A stretch of 64,000 nt of DNA from an uncultured Bacilli bacterium. GTDB lineage: Bacteria; Bacillota_I; Bacilli_A; RF39; UBA660. The notes beneath the pieces were generated by a model. The model was given only the letters and a program-made list of their open reading frames with translations. It had not been told where the DNA came from and searched no databases. Below, one piece after another: positions 1 to 11,500 of this stretch. The DNA is taken from the NCBI GenBank assembly GCA_934096235.1, contig CAKOLO010000002.1, positions 301,919 to 365,918 on the forward strand, read 5' to 3'. The position numbers and the translations under genes are program-made. How positions within the stretch are numbered: the first letter of the stretch is position 1; the number at the start of each line of letters is the position of its first letter.

Positions 1-1326
1 AGTACGATACCACTTACTGCATGTCCAGCTTCGTGATATGAAACTATTTTCTTTTCATAGTCTGTTACTTTTCTGCTTGTTTTAGCTGGTCCCATTAATA
101 CTCTATCACTAGCTTCATCTATTTCATCCATAGTGATTGCTTCTTTATTTCTTCTTACTGCTAGAAGTGCTGCTTCATTTAGTAAGTTTTCTAAGTCTGC
201 TCCTGAGTATCCTGGAGTTCTTTCAGCTATATGTTTTAATTTAACTTCTTTTGCAAGTATTTTATTTTTAGCATGTACTTTTAGTATTTCTTCTCTTTCT
301 TTTACATCTGGTCTTCCAACTGTAACTTGTCTATCAAATCTTCCTGGACGAAGTAATGCTGGGTCTAATACATCTGGTCTATTTGTTGCAGCTATGATTA
401 TGATTCCTTCGTTTTCACTGAAACCATCCATTTCTGAAAGTAATTGGTTAAGTGTTTGCTCTCTTTCATCATGTCCTCCACCTAAACCAGTTCCTCTTTC
501 ACGTCCTACTGCATCTATTTCATCTATAAATATTAAACATGGTGCTGTTTGTTTAGCTTGTTTGAACATATCTCTTACACGAGATGCTCCTACACCTACG
601 AATAATTCTACAAAGTCTGAACCACTTATGTAGAAGAATGGTACTTTTGCTTCTCCAGCTACTGCTTTAGCTAGTAATGTTTTACCTGTTCCTGGTGGAC
701 CTACTAATAATACACCTTTTGGAATTCTAGCTCCCATTTTAGTGAATTTTTTAGGATTTTTTAAGAAGTCTATTAACTCTTGAACTTCTTCTTTTTCTTC
801 TTTAAGACCAGCTACATCCTTAAATGTTTTAGTTCCACCATCTTCTGATAATTTAGCTCTACTCTTAGAGAAATCAAATGTTCCTTTACCATTATTACCC
901 ATCTTTATTAGCATCATATAGATGAATACTCCAAATATAATAATTGGTACAATATTAAATAATACTGATAGCCATACACTGTTTTCTGGGTTTGTATTTG
1001 TTTCAACTTTTAAGTTATATTTTTCAGCACTTTCATATATTGTAGAAATTACTGTATCTGTATATGGGACTTGAACAGTAAATGTTTCTCCTTTTTTGTA
1101 TCCTTCTAACTTACCTGTTAGTATATATACTCCTGAACTACTTTTTGGAGTAACGTTTAATTCTGTAACTTTTCCATTACTTAGTTCTGAAGTGAATTCA
1201 TTATAATCTAATTTATTTATTTTAGTTCCTGCTGTATTTATGAATATATATGTTCCAAACACTACTACTAATAGTATTAAATATGGCATAAAATTCATAT
1301 TTTTTTTACTCTTTTTTATATTCATT
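1..1326 (-). CDS. ftsH: ATP-dependent zinc metalloprotease FtsH (N-terminal ~440 aa; C-terminus lies beyond the window start)
   Basis: Manual minus-strand translation from ATG at 1326 gives MNIKKSKK.., a TM segment, Walker A GPPGTGKT, Walker [10 protein letters not shown], second region of homology ATNRPD, and the zinc motif HEAGHA running off the window edge. The plus-strand ORF 133..633 in the track is antisense to this gene. Confidence 0.9.
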
Positions 1327-1342
1327 TTTTTCTTCCTTTCTT

Positions 1343-2668
1343 CTAATAATATCTTAGTATTATATCATACTCTTCTGTATTTTTTTTGTCAAATTTTGAC
1401 TTTTTGATTCCTGGTAGCCATACTATGTTTTCTTCTGAGTCAAGTACTACTGGCCATGTGTTTCTTTCACTTATTTTAATTTTTTCATTGATGAATATAT
1501 CACTTATTTTCTTTCTACCATTCATTCCTTTTACTTCCATTTTATCTCCATCTCTTCTGTTTCTTACATATAATGGAAGTTTAACTTCACTACTATTTAT
1601 TCTTATTGTGTAATTTGATGTGTCGTTGCTGTCTTCAACTCTTTCTATTATTTTACCATTTGGTAGATTTACTATTCTTTCTATTTCTATTTCATAAGTA
1701 TCGTATTCATCTTCATCAAAACTAAAAGTAAGTTCATTGTATGATTTTATAACTATAACATTGTTTGGTAAGTGAACTACGCTATTTGATTTACTTGATT
1801 TAATTAAATCAAATATTAGTTCTACGTGAGCATCTCCTATAATTAGTAGATCATCACCATATATTCTTTCTAGTATATTGTAAATTATTTTGGTTTGAAT
1901 TACATGATCTAGTTGTATGAATTTATCTACTTCTAGCGCTCCATTTTGGAATACTTTATTAAATACTTTTCTTGCTTCTGTATCTATGTAATTACTATTC
2001 TCTAGTAATGTCTCACTAAACTTTAAGAATTTTTTATGTACATTAGGTTCTTCATTCTTTAAGAATGGTAGTACTGTATGTCTATATCTATTTCTTGTGT
2101 AGTGATCTTCATTATTGGATTCATCTATTGCATACTTAATATTATTTTTTTCATCAAATTTATTAATTTCATCTTTGGTAACAGTTATTAATGGTCTTAC
2201 TATTTTATAATTACCTTTATCAACTATTCTACTAAATCCACTATATCCTTTTAATGTTGAACCTCTTACGATACGCATTAAGATTGTTTCTATTAAGTCA
2301 TCACCTTGATGGGCTGTCATTAAGTATTTAGCTCCATAATTTTCAACTAATTCTTCAAAGAAGTTATATCTAACACTTCTTGCTTCATTATGAAAATTAT
2401 CGTCTCCCCATTTAGTAATCTTAATATATTCAAATATAATATCATTTTCTTTACAATAGTTTTCTAAATCTATTTTTTCTTGCTCACTTTCTATTCTTTT
2501 GTTATGGTTTACATGAGCACATACAATTTTAAAACCAATTTTATTTTTAAATTCGTTCATTATATATAAAAGAGCCATTGAGTCTGGACCACCAGAAACA
2601 CCAATGACAATTATATCGTCTGGTTTTAATTCTATATCTTTTTTTATAAAATTATAAACTTCTTCCAT
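1343..2668 (-). CDS. tilS: tRNA(Ile)-lysidine synthetase
   Basis: N-terminal PP-loop SGGPDS within [17 protein letters not shown]; length 441 aa; lies immediately upstream of ftsH as in Bacillus-type origin regions (no hpt between them). Confidence 0.85.
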   Translation of the reverse strand: MEEVYNFIKKDIELKPDDIIVIGVSGGPDSMALLYIMNEFKNKIGFKIVCAHVNHNKRIESEQEKIDLENYCKENDIIFEYIKITKWGDDNFHNEARSVRYNFFEELVENYGAKYLMTAHQGDDLIETILMRIVRGSTLKGYSGFSRIVDKGNYKIVRPLITVTKDEINKFDEKNNIKYAIDESNNEDHYTRNRYRHTVLPFLKNEEPNVHKKFLKFSETLLENSNYIDTEARKVFNKVFQNGALEVDKFIQLDHVIQTKIIYNILERIYGDDLLIIGDAHVELIFDLIKSSKSNSVVHLPNNVIVIKSYNELTFSFDEDEYDTYEIEIERIVNLPNGKIIERVEDSNDTSNYTIRINSSEVKLPLYVRNRRDGDKMEVKGMNGRKKISDIFINEKIKISERNTWPVVLDSEENIVWLPGIKKSKFDKKNTEEYDIILRYY

Positions 2669-2681
2669 TTTTGGCCTTTTC

Positions 2682-2972
2682 CTATTCTTCTATTTTAATT
2701 ATTATTTCATTGTTTTTAGAATACAAGTATTTTTCTCGAGCATATCTAGCCATATATTCAGGGTCTTGTAGTTTATTTATTTCATCTTTTAGTTCTTCTT
2801 CCTCAGCTAGTTTGTCTTGATACTCTTGCTCTAAACTTTGCATTTCCTTTTTATTATTGACTATTTGACGTCCATTTGTTAAAAAAGAAGTTGTACAAAG
2901 TACAATAGATATTATAAGGCCTATTGTGTAAAAAGTCACTCTAAATTTTGTTTTTTGACTCATCTTTTTCAT
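2682..2972 (-). CDS. septum formation initiator (FtsB/DivIC family) small bitopic protein
   Basis: 96 aa with one N-terminal TM and a coiled-coil heptad region (QSLEQEYQDKLAEEEELKDEINKLQD); sits downstream of yabP/yabQ as divIC does in Bacillus. Confidence 0.5.
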   Translation of the reverse strand: MKKMSQKTKFRVTFYTIGLIISIVLCTTSFLTNGRQIVNNKKEMQSLEQEYQDKLAEEEELKDEINKLQDPEYMARYAREKYLYSKNNEIIIKIEE

Positions 2973-3023
2973 ATTAACCCCATTTTCATCTACAATTATA
3001 ATATTCTATAGATGTAAATACAA

Positions 3024-3311
3024 TTAATTACACATATTTTTACATTTTTTTTGTAAATTTTTATTATTAAAGTATACGAACGTAGATATTGTTATTATAA
3101 TAAAGATTATATTTATTATTCCATTATTTATTAAATAAAATATTTTAAAATATATTAGTGTTATGTTTATCATAAATAATAAACTATTTAAGAAACTATA
3201 AATTTCTTTTTTAGTGTGTATGTAATTATATGTTGCTTGATATAGTTTCTGCACTATTATTCCATATAAAAAAGAAAATATAAAAGAAATTATTTGTTCA
3301 TTTAGGTCCAT
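3024..3311 (-). CDS. YabQ-like small membrane protein (spore cortex biogenesis)
   Basis: 95-aa hydrophobic protein whose stop overlaps the yabP start (3311); the yabP-yabQ arrangement is conserved. Confidence 0.4.
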   Translation of the reverse strand: MDLNEQIISFIFSFLYGIIVQKLYQATYNYIHTKKEIYSFLNSLLFMINITLIYFKIFYLINNGIINIIFIIITISTFVYFNNKNLQKKCKNMCN

Positions 3312-3598
3312 TATTTAAATAGCCTTGCCATTATATTTTCTGTTCTTATTTTTTTGTTATCATCTAAATAGTTTACTGAATTTATTTTTCCTTTTATAGA
3401 TAGTGTACCTTGAAATGTATCTAGTTTTAATAATTCTAAATTGTCTCCTTTAATAAGTATAGATCCCATAATACTATCTACGAAGAATTCCGAGTCATCA
3501 AAACTATTTAGTTTTTTTATTCCTGAAAGTACAATATTTTTTCTTTCATTTAATGTAATCATATGATTAAATGTTTCGTTTATATCTTTTTTATCCAT
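3311..3598 (-). CDS. yabP: sporulation protein YabP
   Basis: 95 aa; central block LSGIKKLNSFDDSEFFVDSIMGSILIKGDNLEL resembles the YabP family; gene context (yabP-yabQ-divIC) fits. Confidence 0.65.
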   Translation of the reverse strand: MDKKDINETFNHMITLNERKNIVLSGIKKLNSFDDSEFFVDSIMGSILIKGDNLELLKLDTFQGTLSIKGKINSVNYLDDNKKIRTENIMARLFK

Positions 3599-3644
3599 AT
3601 ATTTCCCCCGATACTAAATTTTATGTATAAAATTTAGATATATG

Positions 3645-3669
3645 AAAAAAAGCTACTTAATGTAGCTTT
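3645..3669 (-). terminator. Rho-independent terminator downstream of spoVG
   Basis: Hairpin aaagctac-ttaat-gtagcttt, followed on the minus strand by a T-run (A-run 3645-3651 on plus). Confidence 0.55.
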
Positions 3670-3680
3670 AAGATTACAAA

Positions 3681-3965
3681 TTATTCGTTATCTTCTGTTG
3701 TTTCTTCATCTTCTGCATTTTCATATGCATCAAGAATAGCTTTTTCAAACATTGTTCTTACTTCTTGGTTGATTGGATGAGCTATATCTTTATATTCACC
3801 AACTGGAGTCTTACGACTTGGCATAGCAATAAATAGTCCATTATCACCTTCTATAATTCTAATATCGTGAATAGCGATAGCATTGTCTACTACTACTGAT
3901 GCGATTCCTTTCATACGAGAATTTTCTCTTTCAACCTTACGAATTCTAACTGATGTAATTTCCAT
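3681..3965 (-). CDS. spoVG: septation protein SpoVG
   Basis: [11 protein letters not shown]...[47 protein letters not shown] is a near-canonical SpoVG sequence; acidic C-tail. Confidence 0.9.
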   Translation of the reverse strand: MEITSVRIRKVERENSRMKGIASVVVDNAIAIHDIRIIEGDNGLFIAMPSRKTPVGEYKDIAHPINQEVRTMFEKAILDAYENAEDEETTEDNE

Positions 3966-4028
3966 AAGTACCTCCTTAACATTTTGTTATTTTAATTATA
4001 TTACAAATATTTTTGAATATCAATATTT

Positions 4029-4244
4029 TTAAGTAAATTTGCTTAGTATTACCTGCTTTATAGCTACATCAGTATAAGTGTATGACTTCAATCCTTTATT
4101 AGTTTTTATCGTAAATAAATTATTATATGTTTTATCTATTGTTCCTTCATAATATTCATGTTTATTTCTTCCAATATTTACTTTTATTTTTAATTTTGTA
4201 CCTTTTAAAGCAATAACATCATTCTTAATTTTATTTATATTCAA
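4029..4244 (-). CDS. veg: Veg-family small protein (biofilm/sporulation-associated)
   Basis: 71 aa; pattern LKIKVNIGRNKHEYYEGTIDKTYNNLFTIKTNKG..SYTYTDVA matches the Veg family (GRrK..eg.i...Yp.vF.i......SY.Y.D). Confidence 0.7.
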   Translation of the reverse strand: MNINKIKNDVIALKGTKLKIKVNIGRNKHEYYEGTIDKTYNNLFTIKTNKGLKSYTYTDVAIKQVILSKFT

Positions 4245-5032
4245 TTTTTATCCTTTCTTGGATATCCAGTGTGCATCATACCATTAATGATGATTCCACC
4301 TATTCCATCACTTCCATATTTAGTTTTTGATAGTAGTTCTTCTATATCTATCTTTTCTGTTTTATCTGTTAAAGCGATAGTTGATGCAATGATTGCTGGA
4401 TCTAATGCATGTATGTTTATTGATTTTGGGCTTGATGCGAATGTTGATTTAGCTTTTATTATGTTTTCGTAATCACTTTGACAAGCACCTGCGATTATCA
4501 CTAAGTCTTCATGACTCTTTTTTACCTTTCTGGCTTCTAGTACTGTTTCTATAAAATATTTACTATTCTTATATGTTTCATTATTTTTTCTTTTTTGATA
4601 GTGTGCATCGTGTCCGGTTATAACTAAAATATCTGGATTATGTGTTATTAAAAGCTTCTTTATATTATTTTTAAACTCATTTTCTTTATATGTGTAGCCA
4701 TAACATTTTATTTTTTGTTCTTTATAAAAACTCATACATTTTTCTAAATATTCATTGTCTCCATCAAGATGTAATATGGTTCCAGGTATATAAAAATAGT
4801 CATCTGTTTTTAGTGTTCTTACTGGATTAATTATTTCTTTTTTTTTAGGAATTGTAGCAAGTATTAAATCATCTTCTTTAGTATCAGCGTATAGTCTTAC
4901 ATCTAATCCTTTTAAATAAATAACATTATTCTCTATTTTATCAATCTTAAATATTATGTCATTACCATACTTTTTTCTTGTAACTAAATCACCTATTTTA
5001 AACATAATTCCTCCATTAAATCTTATGGACAA
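4241..5032 (-). CDS. YabG-like sporulation-specific peptidase
   Basis: 263 aa; size and synteny (next to veg/ksgA as yabG is in B. subtilis); conserved DILVITGHDA-type block. The family assignment is from memory. Confidence 0.5.
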   Translation of the reverse strand: MSIRFNGGIMFKIGDLVTRKKYGNDIIFKIDKIENNVIYLKGLDVRLYADTKEDDLILATIPKKKEIINPVRTLKTDDYFYIPGTILHLDGDNEYLEKCMSFYKEQKIKCYGYTYKENEFKNNIKKLLITHNPDILVITGHDAHYQKRKNNETYKNSKYFIETVLEARKVKKSHEDLVIIAGACQSDYENIIKAKSTFASSPKSINIHALDPAIIASTIALTDKTEKIDIEELLSKTKYGSDGIGGIIINGMMHTGYPRKDKN

Positions 5033-5048
5033 ATTTTTAAATTATGCA

Positions 5049-5762
5049 TTAGTTTATTAATTTAGCATGTACTACTACTCTTTTATTATTTTTATAGCAA
5101 GTACTTAGTGTTAGGATTGAAGTGGTATTTTCTATATCCGGTTTAAAATCATAGATACTTCTTTCTCTTAAAATATTTAGGAAGGTTTTATATTCTTTCT
5201 TTGTTGTGAAGTCTGTTTGTAAGTAATAATTTTCTCTTTCAATGGTATAAACTGAGAATATTTTGTAATTATATTCTTTTAGTTCAGTTGTTATTTTGAT
5301 GATTAGATTATCTTTATTCTTATACCAATTTTTATTTAGAGTATATTTTAAAGTGCCAAACATTGATTTATCTTTCCTAGAGTGACCATATATTATATTG
5401 TTTTTATCGCTTAAATCTTTATTATTTCTTTTATCTAGGAATATCCATCCAGCTGATGTTTTCTTTTTATTATAGTTATGTGTTAAATAATATTTATTAT
5501 CTTTTGATTGTACGAATGGATAGTCTATATTAGTATTATTTACTTTTAGCCACCCAATAGTATCGTTGTTTTTACTCTTTAATTCATTTATATCTGATGT
5601 ATCATTTTGTATATCTTTTACTGTATTTAATTTTGTTATTAGTTCTTTTGTTTCAATATTTTCTTTGTTCCAAGTTACAATTTTTGCCGTACTAAAAGAA
5701 AGTAGTAGTATTAAAACTATTACTTCTAATATATTTACTATTCTTAAAATTTTATTTATCAT
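5049..5762 (-). CDS. sortase family transpeptidase (class B-like)
   Basis: N-terminal signal-anchor; catalytic TLxTC motif (LTLSTCY) near the C-terminus; conserved His region (IYGHS); 237 aa typical of SrtB. Confidence 0.75.
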   Translation of the reverse strand: MINKILRIVNILEVIVLILLLSFSTAKIVTWNKENIETKELITKLNTVKDIQNDTSDINELKSKNNDTIGWLKVNNTNIDYPFVQSKDNKYYLTHNYNKKKTSAGWIFLDKRNNKDLSDKNNIIYGHSRKDKSMFGTLKYTLNKNWYKNKDNLIIKITTELKEYNYKIFSVYTIERENYYLQTDFTTKKEYKTFLNILRERSIYDFKPDIENTTSILTLSTCYKNNKRVVVHAKLIN

Positions 5763-5768
5763 TTTTAT

Positions 5769-6542
5769 TTATATGTTATTTGATATATCTATAAATTCTT
5801 CTATAGATAGTTGTTCTGCTCTTGCTGTTAGGTCTTTATTGTGTTTTCTTAATATTGTTTCTATCTTATTTAGGTCGTATCCTTTAAGATTATTTCTTAA
5901 ATTTTTTCTTTTTTGAATAAATGAATCTTTGATAAGTTTATAAAACTGTTCTTCATTATTAGCTATTAATTTCTTATTTCTTCTAAATTTAATGACTGAA
6001 CTATCTACTTTTGGTACTGGTTCAAAACAAGTTTTACTTACGTTGCATACTCTTTCAATATCAAAATTATATTGTAAGAATACACTTATGGAACCGTAGT
6101 CTTTAGTTCCTGGTTTAGCACTGAATCTATCAGCTACTTCTTTTTGAACCATTATTGTAATTTCGTATGGATTAGATTCTTTTACTATTTTGTTTATAAT
6201 CGCAGTTGTTATATAATAAGGCAAATTGCCTACAAAGTAAAGATTTTTATATTTATTTTGATCAATATAATCATTTATATTAATAGATAGGAAGTCTTTG
6301 AATACTACTGTTAATTTTTTATCATCTATTTGTTCTAGTATTTCTTTAAGTCTTGTATCTATTTCAAAACAAATAATATTTGAATCTTTTTTAATAAGTT
6401 CTTTAGTAAGTGCTCCGGCACCTGGACCTATTTCAATTATTAGGTCGTCTTTTGTAGGATTTATTGACTTAGCTATTTTGTTAATAATATTTTTATCTTT
6501 TAAGAAGTTTTGTCCTAAAGATTTTTTATAGTCAAATTTCAT
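5769..6542 (-). CDS. rsmA: 16S rRNA (adenine1518/1519-N6)-dimethyltransferase RsmA/KsgA
   Basis: LGQNFL start, SAM motif EIGPGAGALT, NLPY catalytic motif (VGNLPYYITT). Confidence 0.9.
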   Translation of the reverse strand: MKFDYKKSLGQNFLKDKNIINKIAKSINPTKDDLIIEIGPGAGALTKELIKKDSNIICFEIDTRLKEILEQIDDKKLTVVFKDFLSININDYIDQNKYKNLYFVGNLPYYITTAIINKIVKESNPYEITIMVQKEVADRFSAKPGTKDYGSISVFLQYNFDIERVCNVSKTCFEPVPKVDSSVIKFRRNKKLIANNEEQFYKLIKDSFIQKRKNLRNNLKGYDLNKIETILRKHNKDLTARAEQLSIEEFIDISNNI

Positions 6543-6543
6543 A

Positions 6544-7095
6544 TTATTTCCATCCTTCTCTTAGTACTTCGAATTCTAAGTTTCTAACTCTACCTATCTT
6601 TTTAACGGCATAATCTTGACTATCAGTAAGTAAATCTATTACATTGCCACTTACGCCTCTATCAAGTACTATTGCTACCATTGGTTCGTTTGATAGTTTT
6701 CCTACATTAAATTTTAGTATTGTTCCACATTGATAGTTTTTACTGCTAGCAACTATTCTAACTTTTCCATATTTTTTATCATTAAAGTAAATTCCTTCTT
6801 TTATAACGTTTGTTCTAGGTGGACAAGCTAAGTATCCTGAACATAATGGACAGTCTCCTGTATAACCTGTAAGTTCTCCCACAAAAGTATAAAGTGGATT
6901 TTGTATTCCTTCTTGATAAAGTGTGTTTTGTGTTTTTTGGATTACATTTTTATCAACAGATTTATCTATCGTATCATTTAAAGCAATAGAAAGAGAACTC
7001 TTTTCATAAGAGCCTTTATTTAATAATAGTAACAAAGAACATATTATTATTGCTTCAAAAGTCATTAATATTCTACTTTTAATATACTCCTTCAT
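6544..7095 (-). CDS. 3D-domain (MltA-like) cell-wall protein, YabE/YocH-like
   Basis: Signal/TM N-terminus; C-terminal 3D domain signature (GDCPLCSGY...VAIVLDRGVSGNVIDLL). Confidence 0.55.
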   Translation of the reverse strand: MKEYIKSRILMTFEAIIICSLLLLLNKGSYEKSSLSIALNDTIDKSVDKNVIQKTQNTLYQEGIQNPLYTFVGELTGYTGDCPLCSGYLACPPRTNVIKEGIYFNDKKYGKVRIVASSKNYQCGTILKFNVGKLSNEPMVAIVLDRGVSGNVIDLLTDSQDYAVKKIGRVRNLEFEVLREGWK

Positions 7096-7134
7096 TAATT
7101 ACCTCTTCGTAATTAAATTATATAATATGTATAT

Positions 7135-7881
7135 TTAAATGTCAAAAATGTCTTTTACGTTAGCAGTAGTCATTTCCATTACATCTTTTAATGGTATATT
7201 TTTTAGTTCAGCTATTCTTTTAGCTACATAAAGTACGTTAGATGGTTTATTCTTTCTTCCTCTATATGGTTCTGGAGATAGGAATGGACTATCTGTTTCT
7301 AGAAGTATGTCTTTCATATCTAATTGTTCTACCACTTGATATAGTTTTGCATTTTTAAATGTTAATACTCCGCCTATACCAAGTTTATATCCTAGTTTTA
7401 TAAATTCTCTTGCCATTTTTATACTTCCACTATAACAGTGAATTACACCTTTTAGTTTTCTTTTCTTTAATATATCAAAGCAATCTTGAATTGAATCTCT
7501 TGTATGAACTATCACTGGTAAATTATATTTTTCAGCTAAATCTAATTGTTTATTAAATAGTTCTTTTTGTTCTTCTTTATTTTCATCATTAAAGTTGTAG
7601 TCAAGTCCTATTTCACCTATAGCTACTACTTTATTTTCCTTTAGTAGTTCTTCTAGTGCCTCAATAGTATTTTCTTTTAAATCTACATTTTCAGGATGGA
7701 TGCCTATAGCTGGCACTAAGTAACCATCATATTTTCTATATAAATCTAACACTTCTTTTGATGTAGCTATTGAGTCAGCACAGTTAATTACTTTTAATAT
7801 ATCTTTATCTTTTAACTTCTCTATAAATGAACCTATATCATCATAGTATTCACTTAATATATGAGCATGTGAGTCTATCAT
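7135..7881 (-). CDS. tatD: TatD-family metal-dependent DNase/hydrolase
   Basis: MIDSHAHI start, GEIGLDY and ETDSPFL motifs. Confidence 0.85.
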   Translation of the reverse strand: MIDSHAHILSEYYDDIGSFIEKLKDKDILKVINCADSIATSKEVLDLYRKYDGYLVPAIGIHPENVDLKENTIEALEELLKENKVVAIGEIGLDYNFNDENKEEQKELFNKQLDLAEKYNLPVIVHTRDSIQDCFDILKKRKLKGVIHCYSGSIKMAREFIKLGYKLGIGGVLTFKNAKLYQVVEQLDMKDILLETDSPFLSPEPYRGRKNKPSNVLYVAKRIAELKNIPLKDVMEMTTANVKDIFDI

Positions 7882-7987
7882 TTTTTATCACCAACATTCT
7901 ATAATTTTTTTAACTATACATATTTATATTATCACTTTTAATTTTTTGTTTTCAACTAGTTAGACATAATTATAGAATATTTGACAT

Positions 7988-8485
7988 TTATTCAAATTTA
8001 GATTTTATAATTTTTAGTAGTAACTTTGATGTCTTTTCTATATTGATTATGTTGTCTTTACTGACTACTATTAGTGATCCTAGTAAGTCACTATTTACCA
8101 CTATTGGAAGTATAATGTATCTTCCTTCTATAACTAAATTATCATTTAAGTGTAATTCTTCTATATTTTTACATTCAAAAATCTTTCTTTCTTGAATTAG
8201 TCTATCTAGTTTTTGATCTATTATTTCATTATTTTTATTGATTATTTTATTATTAATTACTAAGCTAATATCATAAGATGTTTCACTTATAAAGCAATTT
8301 ATAATACTTATTATTTCTTGTTCATAATTTTTTAAGTAAGAGTATTTTTCTAGTATTATTTTTTCATCTTCAAGTCTTATTTGAAAGTCATCTCCTGTGT
8401 TAATATTTAGACATTTTCTTAGTTCTTTAGGAAGTACTATTCTTCCTAGTTCATCTATTTTTCTTACTATACCAGTTGGTTTCAT
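7988..8485 (-). CDS. spoVT: stage V sporulation protein T (AbrB-N swapped-hairpin + GAF regulator)
   Basis: MKPTGIVRKIDELGRIVLPKELR is the AbrB/SpoVT N-domain; 165 aa with a C-terminal GAF-like region; located upstream of mfd as in Bacillus. Confidence 0.75.
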   Translation of the reverse strand: MKPTGIVRKIDELGRIVLPKELRKCLNINTGDDFQIRLEDEKIILEKYSYLKNYEQEIISIINCFISETSYDISLVINNKIINKNNEIIDQKLDRLIQERKIFECKNIEELHLNDNLVIEGRYIILPIVVNSDLLGSLIVVSKDNIINIEKTSKLLLKIIKSKFE

Positions 8486-8524
8486 GTAATCACCCTAGTA
8501 ATAGTTTGATTATAATTAGTTATT

Positions 8525-11500
8525 TTATACTTGGAATTTTAAGTTATATATTACTTCTAAAAGTTCTTCCAAATAATAGATATAATCTTTTTCTAAAGTT
8601 GCTTTTAGAAGTGTTACTAGTATTGAACCTGCTTTGTATGAGAAATTAAATTTTGTAGTTATTTTAGTTGATTCAATAAATAGTTTTTCTACACTAATTG
8701 ACTCGTAAATTTCTTTTTTAAGTTTTAGAACTACTTTTAAGTTATCATTTTCTAGTATTTTTACTCCTGTAATCATAAGTAATTTTTCTAAGTATTTTTC
8801 ATGAGCATAAAGTTCTAGTTCATGATTAGTCATACCAAATCTATCTCTAATTTCTGATAAGACTTCTTTTAATTCTTTTTTATTTGTTATTCCATTTATT
8901 TTTTTATGTAATTCTATTACTATTTCACTTTCATCTGTATATTCTTTTCCGATGTGAGTTGCAACATCTATCATAGTTGGTTCTTTTTCTTCGTTTTCAT
9001 CTACTTTGATACCATTAACTTCTTCATTAATTAAATCCAAGTACATGTTAACACCAACTGAATCTATAAATCCAGCTTGTTCTTTACCTAGTATGTCTCC
9101 AGCACCTCTTATAGCTAAGTCTCTCATTGATATTTTGTATCCACTACCAAGTTCAGTAAATTCTTTTATTGCTTCAAGTCTTTTTAATGCAGTTGGATTT
9201 AATACTTTTTCTTTTTTATACATAAGATATGCATATGCGATTTTGTCTCCTCTACCAACTCTTCCTCTTATTTGATACAGTTGGCTAAGACCGAATCTAT
9301 CACTATCAATAACAATTATTGTGTTAGCATTTGGTATGTCTATTCCATTTTCTATTATAGTTGTGCTTACTAAAACGTCATACTCTTTGTTAGTAAAATC
9401 ATAGATAATATCTTGCATTTCATTCTTAGTCATTTTTCCATGAGCATAACAAATCCTCGCTTCAGGAATAAGCTTTTTATATTTTGAAACAAGTGTTTCC
9501 ATATTAGTAATATTATTATAAAGAATAAATGCTTGTCCTTTTCTAGACATCTCCTTTAAAATTGCTTCTCTTATAAGCATTTCATTATATTCAATTACAT
9601 ATGTTTGTACTGGATATCTATTTTTAGGTGCACTTTCTATTAAACTTAAGTCTCTAATACCAACAAGTGACATTTGAAGTGATCTTGGGATTGGTGTTGC
9701 TGATACTGAAAGTACGTGTACGTTTGATTTTAACTTTTTAATCTTTTCTTTTTGTTCTACTCCAAATCTATGCTCTTCGTCTATTACTAGAAGACCTAAG
9801 TCTTTATATTCTACATCTGAACTAAGAAGTCTATGAGTACCAAATATTATATCTGTTTTTCCTTCTTTTAACCTTTTTAGTTTTTCTTGAACTTGCTTGT
9901 TAGTAAAATGTCTATTAATTAGATCAATATTAATTCCATGATTTTTAAATCTTTCTATAGCAGAATCATATTGTTGATGTGAAAGTAATGTTGTTGGGCA
10001 TAGGTATGCTACTTGTTTACCATTTTCAACAGTTTTAAACATTGCTCTAAAGATTACTTCTGTTTTACCATAACCAACATCTCCACAAAGAAGTCTTTCC
10101 ATTGGACGTGGTTTTTCTAAATCTCTTTTTATATCATTAGCTGCTTTTAGTTGGTCAACTGTCTCTTCATATTCAAATTCTGACTCGAATATTTCTTGTT
10201 CTTCATCATCTTTTTTGAATGGCTCAATTGTTGCCTTATTTCTTTCTTGATATATTTTAAGAAGTTCCCCAGTAATACTTTTTATTCTTTCTTTAATTCT
10301 AAGTTTTGTTTTTGTCCATTCAACGCTATTTAGTTTATTAATAGTTGGTTTAGCACCTTCTTTGGCAGAATATTTATATAGTTTTGATATGTCTTCTACA
10401 GGCATATATAGTTTATCATTGCCTTTGTATTGAATAAGAAGATAATCTTTTTTTAGGCCTTTCTTTTCAATAGTTGTAATACCCATATAAATACCAATTC
10501 CTGATTTTCTATGTACTACATAATCGCCTGGTTTTATAGTGTCAATTGACATTATTTTAGTTCCAAGTGACTTATCACGTGTCAATTCTTGTTTATTTTT
10601 ACGTCCATATAAATCGAATTCTGAAAAATAATAATTATTTTTATACACAAATCCATGATTTAATGTGTTATTCACTATTTTTATGTTTTTGTCTAATTTT
10701 TTAATTTCTTTTGTTAATAATTTATTAGTTGTATATAGTACACCATTATATTTTTCTATTGCTTCGGTGAATGCTTCTTTATTATTTTCATAGTTTGCGA
10801 TAGATTTTGCTTCAATATCTAAGTCACTATTCTTGTTATTTATTGTGTCTAAGAAAATATCTTCTTTTTTTGTTAAATCTTTTACTTTATATATGGAATC
10901 TTCTATTTCTAAATATTTAAGTTGTGGTTGTATCATTTTTTCTTGATTTAAAAGTTGATTATAGTTACTGAAGATTACTGTTCCATCTCCAATGTATTCT
11001 CTTATTGATGAAGAGTTGTCTCCAAAATCATCTTTAATAGATTGAATTTCGATAGAATCAATTTCATCTACTGATTTTTGTGTTATCACTTCAAAATGTT
11101 TAATCTTTTCTATCTCGTCATCAAAAAATTCTATTCTAATTGGATTTTCTTCATTGATTGGGTAAACGTCTACAACAAAACCTCTAACTGAGAAATCAGA
11201 TGTATCATATACCATGCTTTCTCTTTTATAACCTATTTCAGTTAGTTTCTTTATAAAGTCATCTCTATTAATTTTTTTGCCCTTTGATAATTTTATTTTA
11301 TTTTTGATAAATGTTTCTTTACTAGGCAATTTCTTTATAAAACTATTTAAGTGAACTATAACTATTTTTGCTTTGCTATCATTAAATTTATTTAGAATGT
11401 TTGCTCTCATAAATAGTAGTTCTGGAGAACTTGCAATAGCTGTTTTAGTCATTATATCATCTTCAGGGAATAGATATACTTCGTCTAAATAGTTTTTAAG

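Noticed and set aside
133-633. 166-aa plus-strand ORF in the track
   Set aside because: It is entirely antisense to the clearly recognisable ftsH coding sequence on the minus strand (Walker A/B, HEAGH). It is a low-complexity S/L-rich translation typical of a shadow ORF in AT-rich DNA.
9006-9275. Antisense ORFs inside mfd, gyrA, gyrB, dnaA etc. (for example 9006..9275, 19382..19969, 21953..22258, 27118..27318)
   Set aside because: Each is nested in the opposite strand of a well-supported conserved gene, has no RBS or motif, and is small: shadow ORFs.
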